DNA from: Macrostomum hystrix
Taxonomy: Eukaryota > Animalia > Platyhelminthes
DNA length: 64,000 nt
Assembly: GCA_950097015.1 (NCBI GenBank)
Contig: CATNEN010000038.1
Span: 19,158,001-19,222,000 of the forward strand
Direction of reading: 5' to 3'
The notes under the pieces were generated by a model. That model had not been told where the DNA came from and ran no database searches. It was given only the letters and a program-made list of their open reading frames with translations. The position numbers and the translations under genes are program-made. Shown piece by piece: positions 49,257-61,869 of the stretch (positions are counted from its first letter, which is position 1; each line of letters begins with the position of its first letter).

Positions 49257-52200
49257 TCACATGAGACCAAGGACTTCGCCAGTCTCGCAGTCCAGATCAA
49301 TGTCGTAGACGCACGGCCTGGTTGGCAGTCCGGGCATCAGCGAGATCGAGCCCAGGATGGCAAATACAAAGCCAGCGCCGGCCGACAGGCGGAGGTCGCT
49401 GATTGACACCGTGAAACCCGTAGGACGGCCGGCCAGGTTCGGGTCGTCGCTAAGGCTGAAATTGGTCTTGGCCATGCACACCGGCAGGTCTGAAATGCAG
49501 CCATCGGATTAGGGATTAATGGACTGAAGTCTCTTGTTAATCCACCTCTGAGGATCTGGGAGGTTGCTAATCCCCTCAGAGGATCTGGCAGGTAGCTCCC
49601 CCTGAGAATCTGGTAAATTGCTAATCCTTCTAGAGGATCTGGCAGGTTGCTCCCCCTGAGGATCTGGTAGATTGCTCCCCCTGAGAATCTGGTAAATTGC
49701 TAATCCTTCTAGAGGATCTGGCAGGTTGCTCCCCCTGAGGATCTAGAAGATTGCTCCCCCTGAGAATCTGGTAAATTGCTAATCCTTCTAGAGGATCTGG
49801 CAGGTTGCTCCCCCTGAGGATCTGGTAGATTGCTAATCCTTCTAGAGGATCTGGCAGGTTGCTCCCCCTGAGGATCTGGTAGATTGCTCCCCCTGAGAAT
49901 CTGGTAAATTGCTAATCCTTCTAGAGGATCTGGCAGGTTGCTCCCCCTGAGGATCTGGTAGATTGCTAATCCTTCTAGAGGATCTGGCAGGTTGCTCCCC
50001 CTGAGGATCTGGTAGATTGCTAATCCTTCTAGAGGATCTGGCAGGTTGCTCCCCCTGAGGATCTGGTAGATTGCAAATCCTTCTAGAGGATCTGGCAGGT
50101 TGCTCCCCCTGAGGATCTAGAAGATTGCTCCCCCTGAGAATCTGGTAAATTGCTAATCCTTCTAGAGGATCTGGCAGGTTGCTCCCCCTGAGGATCTGGT
50201 AGATTGCTAATCCTTCTAGAGGATCTGGCAGGTTGCTCCCCCTGAGGATCTGGTAGATTGCTCCCCCTGAGAATCTGGTAAATTGCTAATCCTTCTAGAG
50301 GATCTGGCAGGTTGCTCCCCCTGAGGATCTGGTAGATTGCTCCCCCTGAGAATCTGGTAAATTGCTAATCCTTCTAGAGGATCTGGCAGGTTGCTCCCCC
50401 TGAGGATCTGGTAGATTGCTAATCCTTCTAGAGGATCTGGCAGGTTGCTCCCCCTGAGGATCTGGTAGATTGCTAATCCTTCTAGAGGATCTGGCAGGTT
50501 GCTCCCCCTGAGGATCTGGTAGATTGCAAATCCTTCTAGAGGATCTGGCAGGTTGCTCCCCCTGAGGATCTGGTAGATTGCAAATCCTTCTAGAGGATCT
50601 GGCAGGTTGCTCCCCCTGAGGATCTGGTAGATTGCAAATCCTTCTAGAGGATCTGGCAGGTTGCTCCCCCTGAGGATCTGGTAGATTGCTAATCCTTCTA
50701 GAGGATCTGGCAGGTTGCTCCCCCTGAGGATCTGGTAGATTGCAAATCCTTCTAGAGGATCTGGCAGGTTGCTCCCCCTGAGGATCTGGTAGATTGCAAA
50801 TCCTTCTAGAGGATCTGGCAGGTTGCTCCCCCTGAGGATCTGGTAGATTGCTAATCCTTCTAGAGGATCTGGCAGGTTGCTCCCCCTGAGGATCTGGTAG
50901 ATTGCAAATCCTTCTAGAGGATCTGGCAGGTTGCTCCCCCTGAGGATCTGGTAGATTGCTAATCCTTCTAGAGGATCTGGCAGGTTGCTCCCCCTGAGGA
51001 TCTGGTAGACTGCTAATCCTTCTAGAGAGTCTGGCAGGTTGCTCCCCTGAGGACTTGTGAGTTCTAACCCCCATTGGATCTGGGCAGTTGCTTTCCCTGA
51101 GGATCTACCTTGAGGATTAGGGGAGTTGTTCAGTAATCCTCAAGATCATAGGTGTGTTGCTATAGAAGATATCAACAAGATATCCTAGAGAAAATGAGGC
51201 AGCACTCACTGTCATATCCCAGCTCGGTGAGGCGGTCCAGTCTCTGCCTAGCTAAATCTGTCAGCTTGACACCGTCAGCTCCGTAGACTCGCCTGGCGAT
51301 GGCGGTCATCTTGGCCTCAAGACCGTCTCTCAGCGAGTAGAGATGCGTCAGGTCGGCCACTTTGTCTGGCAGAGCGATCAGCGCTCTGGCCAGAGCCTCG
51401 GCTCCGCGGCCGCCCTCTGCCCAGTGATTGCAGACAACAGCGTCCGCAGCTCCGCTGGCCTTAGCAGCGTCGATTATAGCCGACAGCTCGGCCGGCGTGT
51501 CGTTGCCGAAGCGGTTGACGGCCACCACCACGGGAAGGTTGAACGACCTGGGGGATTGTTGGCGGTAAGCGTTGTGCTTGGCTTTGTTAAGCACTTTGCT
51601 GTCTTTGTTTAGCAACTTAATGTCTTTGTTTGCTTTAAGACGATACTCACAATATGACGCAGTGTTCGCAGCAGTCAAAGCCACTAACCTGACAATAGCC
51701 ACATGCTGGGCCAGGTTCTCGCATCCCTTGACAACCAGATCCACGGCCTCTCGCTTGTACTCGGCAGGCAACGGAGCGCCGCCGCCGACAATCTTTGATC
51801 CGCCGCCGTGATACTTCAACGCGCGCACTGTGGCCACCAATACGACACTGTGCGGCTGAAGGCCGGAGCTGCGGCATTTGATGTGCATAGCCTTCTCGAA
51901 GCCCATATCGGCGCCGAAACCAGACTCAGTGACTGTGAAGCCATTGGGCCCAACCAGTTTCATAGCCACCTGGTCGGCTAATACACTGGAGTTGCCGTGG
52001 GCAATGTTGGCGAATGGACCGCAGTGGACTAGGCAGGGCCCGCCAGCCAGTGTTTGCATCAGGTTGGGCTTCAGGCAGTCCTTCAGCAGTACGCAGAGAG
52101 CCCCGGTGACGCCGAGATCGTCGGCTGTTAGGGCCACACCGGAGCGAGACAGGCCGAACACCATGCGGCCCAGGCGGTCTTTCAGATCGGACAGGCTAGT

Positions 52201-55200
52201 GCTCAGAGCCAGCACGGCCATAATCTCGCTGGCAACGGAGATGTTAAACTGGCATCGTCTGGTCATGCCCTTCTCGTTGGAGCCTTGGCCAATCGTGACG
52301 TCGCGCAGAAAACGATCGCTGGTGTCCAGCACTCGCTGCCAAGTGATGCTGTCCGGATCGATGTCCAGGCGAGAGAATGCACGAGCCTGCGAGGTGAGGA
52401 AAGCTGTGACTGTGCTGTGGATCGACATGGCCCAGCTAAGCCCGACTCCTGTTAAAGTACTGAATTTACAAGAACGAGACCTGAAGGATTGGGAATCAGA
52501 CCTCATTGACCTGAAGGATTGGGAACAAGACCTGAAGGATTGGGAACAAGACCTGAAGGATTGGGAACAAGACCTGAAGGATTGGGAACAAGACCTGGAA
52601 TATTGGAAACAAGACCTGATTGACCTGAAGTATTGGGAACAAGACCTGAAGGATTGGGAACAAGACCTGAAGGATTGTGAACAAGACCTGAAGGATTGGG
52701 AACAAGACCTGAAGGATTGGGAACAAGACCTGAAGGATTGGGAACAAGACCTGAAAAATTGGGAACAAGACCTGAAAAATTGGGAACAAGACCTGAAGGA
52801 TTGGGAACAAGACCTGAAGGATTGGGAACAAGACCTGAAGGATTGGGAACCAGACCTCATTGACCTGAAGGATTGGGAACAAAACCTGGAAAATTGGAAA
52901 CAAGACCTGATTGACCTGAAGTATTGGGAACAAGACCTGAAGGATTGGGAACAAGACCTGAAGGATTGGGAACAAGACCTGAAGTATTAGGAACAAGACC
53001 TGTAATATTAGGAACAAGACATGAAAGATGAGAAAGAAAATTGAAGAATTAAAAACACGATCTAATAAATGATCGAAAACGAAAACTGAGAATGAGAATG
53101 AAAACTGAAGGATTGAGAATAGAAACTGAAGGATTGAGAATAGAAACTGGAGGATTGAGAATAAAAACTGATGGATCTCATAAAGACCTGAAGATCTCAT
53201 CAAGACCTGAAGATCTGATCTAGACCTGAAGGATCGGGAGCAAGATCTTTAGGATTAAGAACAGGGACAAGATAAGGATCTAATGGAGGCAAATAGAAAA
53301 GGTGTGACAAGTGACTACCGAAGCGTATAGGAGCTAGTCACAAAAGATCGAACAAACATATAGGACAGAGCTAACCTCCTCGGCGGTGAGATCACCGGGC
53401 ATTGTCTTACTGATGCCCAGTTTTCTCAGCCGGCGCAGCTGCACCTCTGTGAACGGCTTGTCCTTAGGTGCCAGACGCCTATAGAGGGCATCGTCAGACT
53501 GCGTCGCCTCGTGAAACATTCTGGCGTCAATGTCGGCGGCCATTAGATTGTTAGCGGCGGTGACGGCATGAATATCGCCAGTTAGGTGCAAGTTGAATTC
53601 CTCCATTGGGATCACCTGCGAGTAGCCGCCGCCAGCTGCGCCACCTTCCATTTGCCGAAAGGGGTTCGAATCATGTTTTTTTCTCTCACTGGTTCTATCT
53701 CTGCCCCAGTTTGTTAGTTTAACAAAGATTGTTTGTTACTTACCTCTCCTATCTCTCCTTTTTTGTTCTATCTCACTCGCCTGTTCTATCTCACTCGCTT
53801 GTTTTATCCCTCGCGACTCTTGTTTAATCTCACTCGCCTTTTGTTATTTTTCACTCGCCTCCTGTCATATCTAACTCGCCTCTGGTCATATCTCACTCGC
53901 CTCTGGTCGTATCTTACTCGCCTCTGGTCATATCTCACTCGCCTCTGGTCATATCTCACTCGCCTCTGGTCATGTCTTACTCGCCTCTTGTCATGTCTTA
54001 CTCGCCTATTGTCATATCTTACTGGCCTCTTGTCACGTCTTACTCGCCTCTTGTCATATCTCACTCGCCTCTTGTCATATCTCACTCGCCTCTTGTCATA
54101 CCTCACTCGCCTTATGTCATATCTCACTCGCCTCTTGTCATATCTAACTCGCCTCTTGTCATATCTTACTGGCCTCTTGTTATACCTCACTCGCCTCTTG
54201 TCATATCTCACTCGCCTCTTGTCATATCTCACTCGCCTCTTGTCATATCTCACTCGCCTCTGGTCATATCTCATTCGCCAGGGGGGTGAGTGGGTCAGCG
54301 GCTAATGTCGCTGCCTCACTTTCCAATGGTCGCTGGTTCGTTCCTCCCTCCAAATCACGATTATTTCGGGGCTTAGTTGGAGGTTTGCCAAGTAGCGACT
54401 TGCGGAGATGCACCTTATTCTGTGCAGCCAAAGTTAATTTAAAATAGCTTAACCCCTGCCTTCTGCATGCCTGCTTGTTTGTGTTTGTGTTTGTGCGTTG
54501 GGCCGGATGTCTACTCCGGCTGCCGCCCCCAAGCGGATGACCCGCTTGGCTTGCTGCTGTGTGTGAGGTGCCTGTGTCCAGAGATCTAGATAGCGCGATG
54601 GGCGACTCCCGCCTAGTTCGCCGGCCTGGGGGCATGCCGTTCCTGTGTTTGTGCGTCAAGTGCCCCAGGTCCCCTGCAAATAAGTTAAAGTATCTCACTT
54701 GCCTCTTTTTCTAACTGCCTCGTCACTCCTCCCTGGTTATCGCATTATCACTTTCACGCCTTCTTATAAGTTCCAGCCCAATGTAGATTGTACCCCGTAA
54801 AAGTGTTAATTTAAGTAGCGAATATTCGCACCTTTAACTCCAAACGTCGGTCCCTGCGACGGCTGCCTGATGCAGGCGCATGAGTTCACTCCAATCTCTG
54901 TGAATGCCTGAACTAGGCCTAGCGTAGTTGTACTCTTGCCCTCGCCAAGCGGTGTGGGCGTTATGCCAGTAACAAATGTCAGCTTGCCGTCAGGTACAGA
55001 TGATAGACGGTCCAGGATTCTGGAATATTTGTGGGTAAGCAGTAGGAATAAATATACAATCAGTTGTGTAGTAAAATGCTTCGTCATCTACTAAGTAATA
55101 AAAGACTATAAGACTATAAAAACAAACAGGAGACAATGTAGGCTCACTTAAGCGATATTTTGGCCTTGTGGTGTCCGTACAGTTCCAGTTCGCTAGGCAG

Positions 55201-58200
55201 GACTCCGATCTCGCTGGCCAGTTGACTAACGTGTTTAAGAGTTGCGCCACGACTTATGTCGATGTCGGACGGCACAGGAACTAGCGGGGTTGGCGGCCCA
55301 CCGCTTAGCTTCCAGGCCTGAAAAAGCACTTTTCAGAGATTTTAACAAATTCTTTCCAAAAGTTTTCATGACTAACTTAGAATTTTATTCACATAGACCA
55401 ACCTAATGACCCACAGTAACCAAGCTAATGACCCACAATGACCAACCTAATGACCTACAGTGACCAACCTAAAGACCCACAGTAAACAACCTAATGACCC
55501 ACAGTGACCCACCTAATTAGCCACAGTGACCAACCTTATGACCCACAGTGACCAACCTAATGACCCCCAGTGACCAACCTAATGACCCACAGTGACCAAG
55601 CTAATGACCCACAGTGACCAACCTAATGACCCACAGTGACCAACCTAAAGATCTACAGTAAACAACCTAATGACCCACAGTGACCCACCTAATGAACCAC
55701 AGTGACCCACCTAATTACCCACAGTGACCAACCTTATGACCCACAGTGACCAAGCTAATGACCCACAGTGACCAACCTAATGACCCACAGTCACCAACCT
55801 GACCGCCTGCAGCGCGATCCCTAGCCACTAGAGCCGCCTCCAGGGTGTTCCGCAGCAGCATGGCGACGGTCATCGGGCCGACACCGCCAGGCACCGGAGT
55901 GATGGCTCCGGCTACAGATTTGGCCTCTTCAAAGTCCACATCGCCAACTAGACGATAGCCGTTAGCCCGACTGGCGTCTGGCAGGCTGTTGATGCCGCAG
56001 TCGATGACAACGGCGCCCGACTTAATCCAATCGGCTTTAACGTACTGGGCCCGGCCGATCGCCACTACAAGCAAGTCTGCTTGGCGGCACACCTGGATTA
56101 TCAATAAGGCTTAATATTAATAATATTAATTGCTGGGAGCTGCGAGCAATGGCACATCATTTCGTGACACTTGACAGACAGGCAGCGAGGAGGCAATTCT
56201 GCCCATTTCTCTGACTCCTGAGCACACACGCACACAGTTACTGTACGCAGGCATACGCTCACACAGGTGTGTACATCTGCTCTGACTTTCTCATCGTCAG
56301 GCAGTGTACACTCTCACTGTGCCTTGGGGGTTGGCCCTAAAGGGCGTAAATTGCACGAGCAGCCCCCAAGCCTTCTCTCCGCGGCTGCGCCACAAATGAA
56401 TGTGGTCTCGCCGCGGAATCGAGCTTAGTTACCTTAGCGCAAAAGGCAAACGCGTTAACCGCTCGGCCACTGAACCCCCTTAACATAGGCTTACAAAAGC
56501 TTCTACTTATCATTTGCATTGTACTTTAAAAACAGACTAACCTGGGCCAGATCCTTAGTGCGGGAATGGCACAGGGTTACAGTGGCATGATGCCAAGTTA
56601 ATAATTCGGCCATCGGTGAGCCGACTATTTTGGATCGGCCGACAACAACAGCCGAGACGCCGGCTAGAGAGGCTAGGCCGGCTCCTCTGTGGGAGAACGA
56701 TTAGTGAATTGGAAAGATATTTAGAGGTAAGAGAATGCGAAGGATTAGGGACATGAGAATGCATTAGGGACAAGGAAATGATTAGAGACAGGAGAAGGGA
56801 TTAGGGACTGGGGGATGGATTTGTTACAGGTGAAGAAAGTATGGAAAGCAGAAAGTATTAGGGAGTCAGGACAGTTTAAAGGATTAGAGACAGGGGAACG
56901 GATTAAGGACAGGAGGATTATGAACAGGATGGAGGATTAAGGACAGGGAGATAAGGAACAGGGGAAAGGATTAAGTACTATGAGGGATTAGAGACAAGGA
57001 AAATGATTAGGGATGGGAGAAAGGATTAGGGACTGAGGAACGGATTTTTTACAGAAGAAATTATGAAAAGCAAAAGGGATTGGGGAGTCAGGACAGTGGA
57101 AAAGATTAAGGACATTGGGAATTAGGGACAGTGGAAATGATTAGGGACACGGGGGATGAAGGACAGAAAAGGGATTAGGGACAGTGGAAGGATGAGGGAC
57201 ACAGAATGAATTAAGGACAGACAAAGGTTCTAGGCAAAGGTAGAGGGCAGTAACACAGTAAGGCAGGTAAGAGGCTCACCTGGCAGACTGGAGCAGTTCC
57301 AGGCAGCCCCTAGGTGTGCAGGGCACAAAGCAGTCCAAATTGCCGCGCGCCAGTCGTCCGGCATTGGCGACGCCCAAACCGTCGACGTCTTTTTCGCGCG
57401 CGATGGTGTTAGTGACCAGATCGCTATCAATGGCTGTACTGCAGTCCAATGGAAGCTGGACTATGATGCCATGTACAGCCGGGTCCTCGTTCAGCTGGGC
57501 GATCCTAGCCAGCAAGGCTGACTCGGTGATATCTGACGCCAGTTTGACGTGCTGAGCAGAGATGCCAACTTCGGAGGCGGATTTTAGTTTTTGGCCAATG
57601 TAGACGTTTGAGTCTTGCCTGTCGCCTACCTGCCAGAAATATTATTGCCAATAAGAATTGAATCTCCACATGTATTTACATGCATGCCTAGATTGACAAA
57701 GTTAAATTTGATCATACTATTTACCTGCACAATTGCCAATCCAGGTGTAAAGTTAGGCACAGTTTGCCTAACATCATCAATCTTGGTCTTGATGGCATTG
57801 CGCACATCCCTAAAATGAAAGTAGAAGAGAGCCTATTTATATTATTTTATTTCTAATTCAGACCCGACAACAGACACAGTAACAGTTTTACTAAAATAAA
57901 GTTTTTTTATATCAAGCTAGACAAAATAAAGGGCTGGCAACCCTTTTGTTCTGCAAGGTTATAGCATTCTGCTTTATCCTAAAGAAACAATATGAACATC
58001 TAAAAAGAAAGTAGTGTTCAACAACCTTACTACACATTTAGAAAGCATGGTATTGAGAAAGTTCAATTAGGGCCCTTGCTAAATTAGTACGATGAGGACC
58101 ATAAGACAAAGCCAAAAAGTTATACAATCAATTAGATGCTAGAAATGTGTGTAGGGGATTGTAAGACTAAATTGAATATTACGGAAGTTCAAACTAATTT

Positions 58201-58695
58201 CATCCATTTCAGATACACATAAATAGGGGCCTAAAGGGACCTGAATGGTAGAGCAGAGAAAGGCAGTAGTGGCTTGGAACAATGATCTGCCACCCCCTCA
58301 CTTTTGTCTTATGATCCCCTCCTATTAGGACATAAAATTAAATATAAAATTTATTGCTAGGTGCCTTCCTAGTTACTGAAATTGAAGTTAAGAAGGCTAA
58401 CTTTTAAGGAACTTCCATTAATAGCCCAGATGTAATAACAGCATGATATCAATTGAATGAAAATTCAACCTAGCAAAGTAACTGTTCAAATATAGAAAAT
58501 AATATCTAACAATTTCATAGAGTGAAATGAACAAGGAAATTTATGAGTCTGAGCCATTGCAGCCAGCTGAAATGATGCACTAAACTGCTAGTTTTTTATA
58601 TACTAGAGTTTTTATTCCAAAATAAATGTTTCATTTTTTATTTTAAATGTAGCTACTTACGCAGAAATGTCTTTCCCAGAAATAAGTTTTGCCAT
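49257..58695 (-). CDS. MTHFD1: Trifunctional C1-tetrahydrofolate synthase; exons 58695-58661, 57809-57725, 57629-57280, 56686-56542, 56092-55799, 55317-55148, 55019-54832, 53644-53376, 52386-51689, 51547-51210, 49489-49257
   Basis: SNVYIGQK (YxxxK), [43 protein letters not shown] (dehydrogenase/cyclohydrolase); [46 protein letters not shown] (synthetase). No N-terminal targeting extension, so probably cytosolic. Confidence 0.97.
49548..51110. repeat. Higher-order minisatellite of 25- and 29-bp subunits (54- and 79-bp periods) in last MTHFD1 intron
   Basis: GAGGATCTGGCAGGTTGCTCCCCCT + GAGGATCTGGTAGATTGCTAATCCTTCTA; source of ORF 50295-51074. Confidence 0.96.
52470..53020. repeat. 21-bp minisatellite ACAAGACCTGAAGGATTGGGA in MTHFD1 intron
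   Basis: Directly visible; falsely extends ORF 51172-52860. Confidence 0.96.
53755..54280. repeat. 21-bp minisatellite CTCACTCGCCTCTTGTCATAT in MTHFD1 intron
   Basis: Directly visible. Confidence 0.96.
54281..54690 (+). mobile_element. Probable third SINE-like element (family C), antisense in MTHFD1 intron
   Basis: tRNA-like head (TGGGTCAGCGG...GGTTCGTTCC), GC-rich hairpin body, short A-rich end; the 21-bp repeat unit resumes right after it. Single copy in this window. Confidence 0.55.
55397..55800. repeat. 22-bp minisatellite whose sense unit AGGTTGGTCACTGTGGGTCATT includes the 5' splice site
   Basis: First unit overlaps the exon end CAG|GTTGGT at 55799/55798; about 18 units. Confidence 0.95.
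56130..56472 (-). mobile_element. SINE family B (copy 4)
   Basis: Aligns with the other copies; head GTGGCCGAGCGGTTAACGCG...AAGCTCGATTCC. Confidence 0.88.
56740..57220. repeat. Degenerate GGATTAGGGACA-rich repeat filling an MTHFD1 intron
   Basis: Repeated GGATTAGGGAC/GATTAAGGAC motifs between donor 57279 and acceptor 56687. Confidence 0.8.
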
Positions 58696-60130
58696 ATTCG
58701 AGACTTTAAAAACACTATAAAAAGCTTTGTTATTGTCGAAAAGTACCCTGCGGGGAATAAATTTTACAAACCAATATCGGAGTCCTGATTGAAGACTCGC
58801 AGCAAACATTTAAAATAAATTTCGGAAATGAATGAATCCGAATTTATAGAATGACTGTTAGGTTCATGTGCTTTATTGTCTAATTAACGCTATATACAAA
58901 GTATTTAAAGCCTAATCGTGCAGACAAAAACGTTTTTTTTACTTTGAAATTTTTAGAACTTCTACAGTTTGTTAAAACCAAGTTGCATGAAAGTATTAAA
59001 ATTAAAAAATATTCGGTCGTAGCACACATTATTGTACTCGAAGTTAAACGTTGAGCCTGCTATTTCTTCGTATCTGCACATATCGCATGTTGCATACATA
59101 CTTATATGCATATATGTAATATTGCTATTAGTTCAAGAGTTTTTTTGTTTCAAATCTGGACACAGAGACTATATCTAAAGAAATTAATATACTTTTATGA
59201 GTGTTTCGTGGTCCCTGCGAAAACCTTTAATGTGTTATTCCGATTCTGCCTGCACTAGCAGTAGAAGTATTGACTTTTTTAGCTCGAGCTAATAAAGCGT
59301 TGCCGGTTCCCGAGGGTTCTAACTATGCAATCGGAGCACGGGGTCGGCACATATCACTCCGAATTTACTCCAGCTCTTACATATACTTGGCTGTAATGTG
59401 AGGTTTATTTGACTGAGGACTGAGGCCAAAATCCCAGGGACCAAGGGGAAAAGATCATAGCTGTCAGAGGTAGCACTTTGCTAGGGTTGACACCAGCCAC
59501 CTACGGGACAGCACAACTGAACTGACCCTAACGAAACGCGGGGTTTTAGGTAACGCGAAACTTTAGGCCCGTCCCTATGAAGGTTTATGGCCGATGATAG
59601 TAGGGACACTATTATACAAGATGTTATCGGGGAAGTGATCGGTCAGCAAGAGAGAGGACTTTTTCAGTCACTTGCAACACCTGACTGACTTGGTGAAATT
59701 TTCAATTAAACTTTCACATTTCGAGGACACCAAGCGAATAATTATATTTTTTAGTTCTCAAAAATTTCTATAATTAATAAGCGTTGGATTCATTAACTTA
59801 AAGTTTTAAGCAATAAGAAATTTAATGACTATAACGACTTTAAGTAAAGACATATATGGTATACACTTCATAATTGTATAGTGTCATAAGAGTACTGATG
59901 CTCTACTAAGAAACAACATTAGATTTCGAACATGCATATGTGCATAAAAACGTAAAATTATCAGTAAAGTTGTTAGTTAAACGTATAGCAGCGGCCGTTA
60001 TTATAAATAGACCGTTTTCATCACCTTTTATGTGCTAATTATGTATTGCAGTGCAGTGCAGCTAGTTGCAGTGCACTTACGGCCTGACTTGCCAAGCAAT
60101 GATCCCGTAAATCTCGTAAATTTAAGGCGC

Positions 60131-60908
60131 TCAGTTGAAGGGTGACACGCACTCGCACAGACCCCGTAGAGCTAGCTCGGATTCATAGATGTCGGCAAAG
60201 CTTTGATCGCCCGTTGAATCGAACAATCGTGTTCTCTCGGTTAAAGTAATTGTCTGGCTCAACGCTGTTCCACAGGCTGTCGTCCACGGCGATGCTGCAG
60301 CCGACCCAGTACCAGCCACCTCTGGGCTCAGCGCTGCCCGCAGGTTGGAAGCCGCCCAGAAACAGGTGAGTGCCCGCCAGGCTACTGGCGGCGTAGATTG
60401 ACTCCACATGGCTCATCTCGGCTGAGTCGATCACATCCGCCATGATCACCTGGCCGCTCTCGGCCTCACACTGCTGTCTGATTGGGCCCCAGAAGGCGCT
60501 GTTTGGTGTCACTTTATACTTGACGCCGCACTGGTCGTAGCCGTAGCCGGAGGGACACAGCGAGCCGGGCGCCAGTCCTGGATATTTCTTGACAAACACC
60601 GGGCCAAGCCTGGAGCAGCTGCAGTTCCTCACCGACTTGCTGCACTTGTCGAACACGAACAGCTGGCACGGACCGTCAGCCATCGTGAAGGCCTGACAGC
60701 GCGGATTCTGACTGCACTTGACGGCGCAGCCAATATCGCTTAGCACTTCAGAAGCAGTCTCCGTGAAGTTGTTCCGGATGCACAGATAGCCAATGATTGA
60801 GTTGTAGCCATTGGACAGACTGCTCAAAGCTTCAGCAGCTGCTAGCATCAGCAGCAGCAGCTTGATGCCAATGTCGAGACCAACTGTCATGAAGCTAAGC
60901 AGTCGCAT
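60131..60908 (-). CDS. Secreted PAN/apple-like plus C-type lectin domain protein, with an apparent 1-nt frameshift at 60210-60212
   Basis: Signal peptide; CAVKCSQNPRCQAF...CQL (PAN-like); CPSGY, LFLGG, WYW, WNSVEPDN (CTLD); the closing FADI...GLCEC lies in the neighbouring frame. Confidence 0.8.
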
Positions 60909-61869
60909 TCTAGCAGGTAAGTAAGCAGGTAGATGAGAAAAATAATAGGCACCACAGAATAAATAAGCCGCTGCTCATTAATAAGCATTTCTGTTTTTTA
61001 ACCGGCTACAATTAATGAGCGGCTCTATACTGGGCAACAGGTGAACAGTCTATTGTTTCCTGTCTGACTATTCTAATCACCCCTGCTGATGCTGTTGATA
61101 TCACAGAGTGAGCCTGCTTTGCCAACGTTGCCAATGGAATTCTATACTGATATTTCTGGTGAGACAATTATCTAAGTTTTTATGCGTGTTCAGACCCGAA
61201 AAAAACATAACCTTAGCTAGAGAGGCCTCATCAAAAATTTGTCCGTTAATTCCTACACAGTTCCAACAGCAGTTTGCAAAGTGGAGCAAAATTAGCTGAA
61301 CAAAAAATTATATAGCTCGTACTAGGCATTTACTCTCTCTGATTGTCATAAAACTGATCAATAGTATCAGTCTTCTTTAAATATAAATCAGATCGTTATT
61401 CCTTAAAAAACTTTAATAGGTACAAAGATATTTCAAAACTAAACGGTTTTTATCAGTTTAATTACTAATACATTACAAAAAGTTCAGAAATAAACGAATT
61501 AGCGTTAATAAACGACTTTGTTAATTGCGTTAAAATTAATATTTTTGTCTAATTTGCTCGTAAAACAGACAACGAACATGGAGACTCTGTGGATTTGGAA
61601 AACAGAGTTTAATCTTATGCAATAAGCAATGTAACGATTTTACTTAACGATGCATTAACAATCTAATTGAGAAGTTAACGCATTATCAAAATTCTGCTAA
61701 TACTTCAAAGATGTTCTAACTTAAAAACTAACGTAATATATTTAAACGGAGCGAAACGAAACGAAGGCTTTTTGTATGAGCGTGCTAAAGTTTGACGGCT
61801 GTGCAAAACACGAAGGCCTCATTTTCACTACCATTTGATCGCCAAATTGCAGAATGGTGACAGAGATCG

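Noticed and set aside
59088-59680. Possible solo LTR (TGTTGCA...TGCAACA) between MTHFD1 and the lectin gene
   Set aside because: No target-site duplication at either candidate left boundary, so it is not supportable without other copies.
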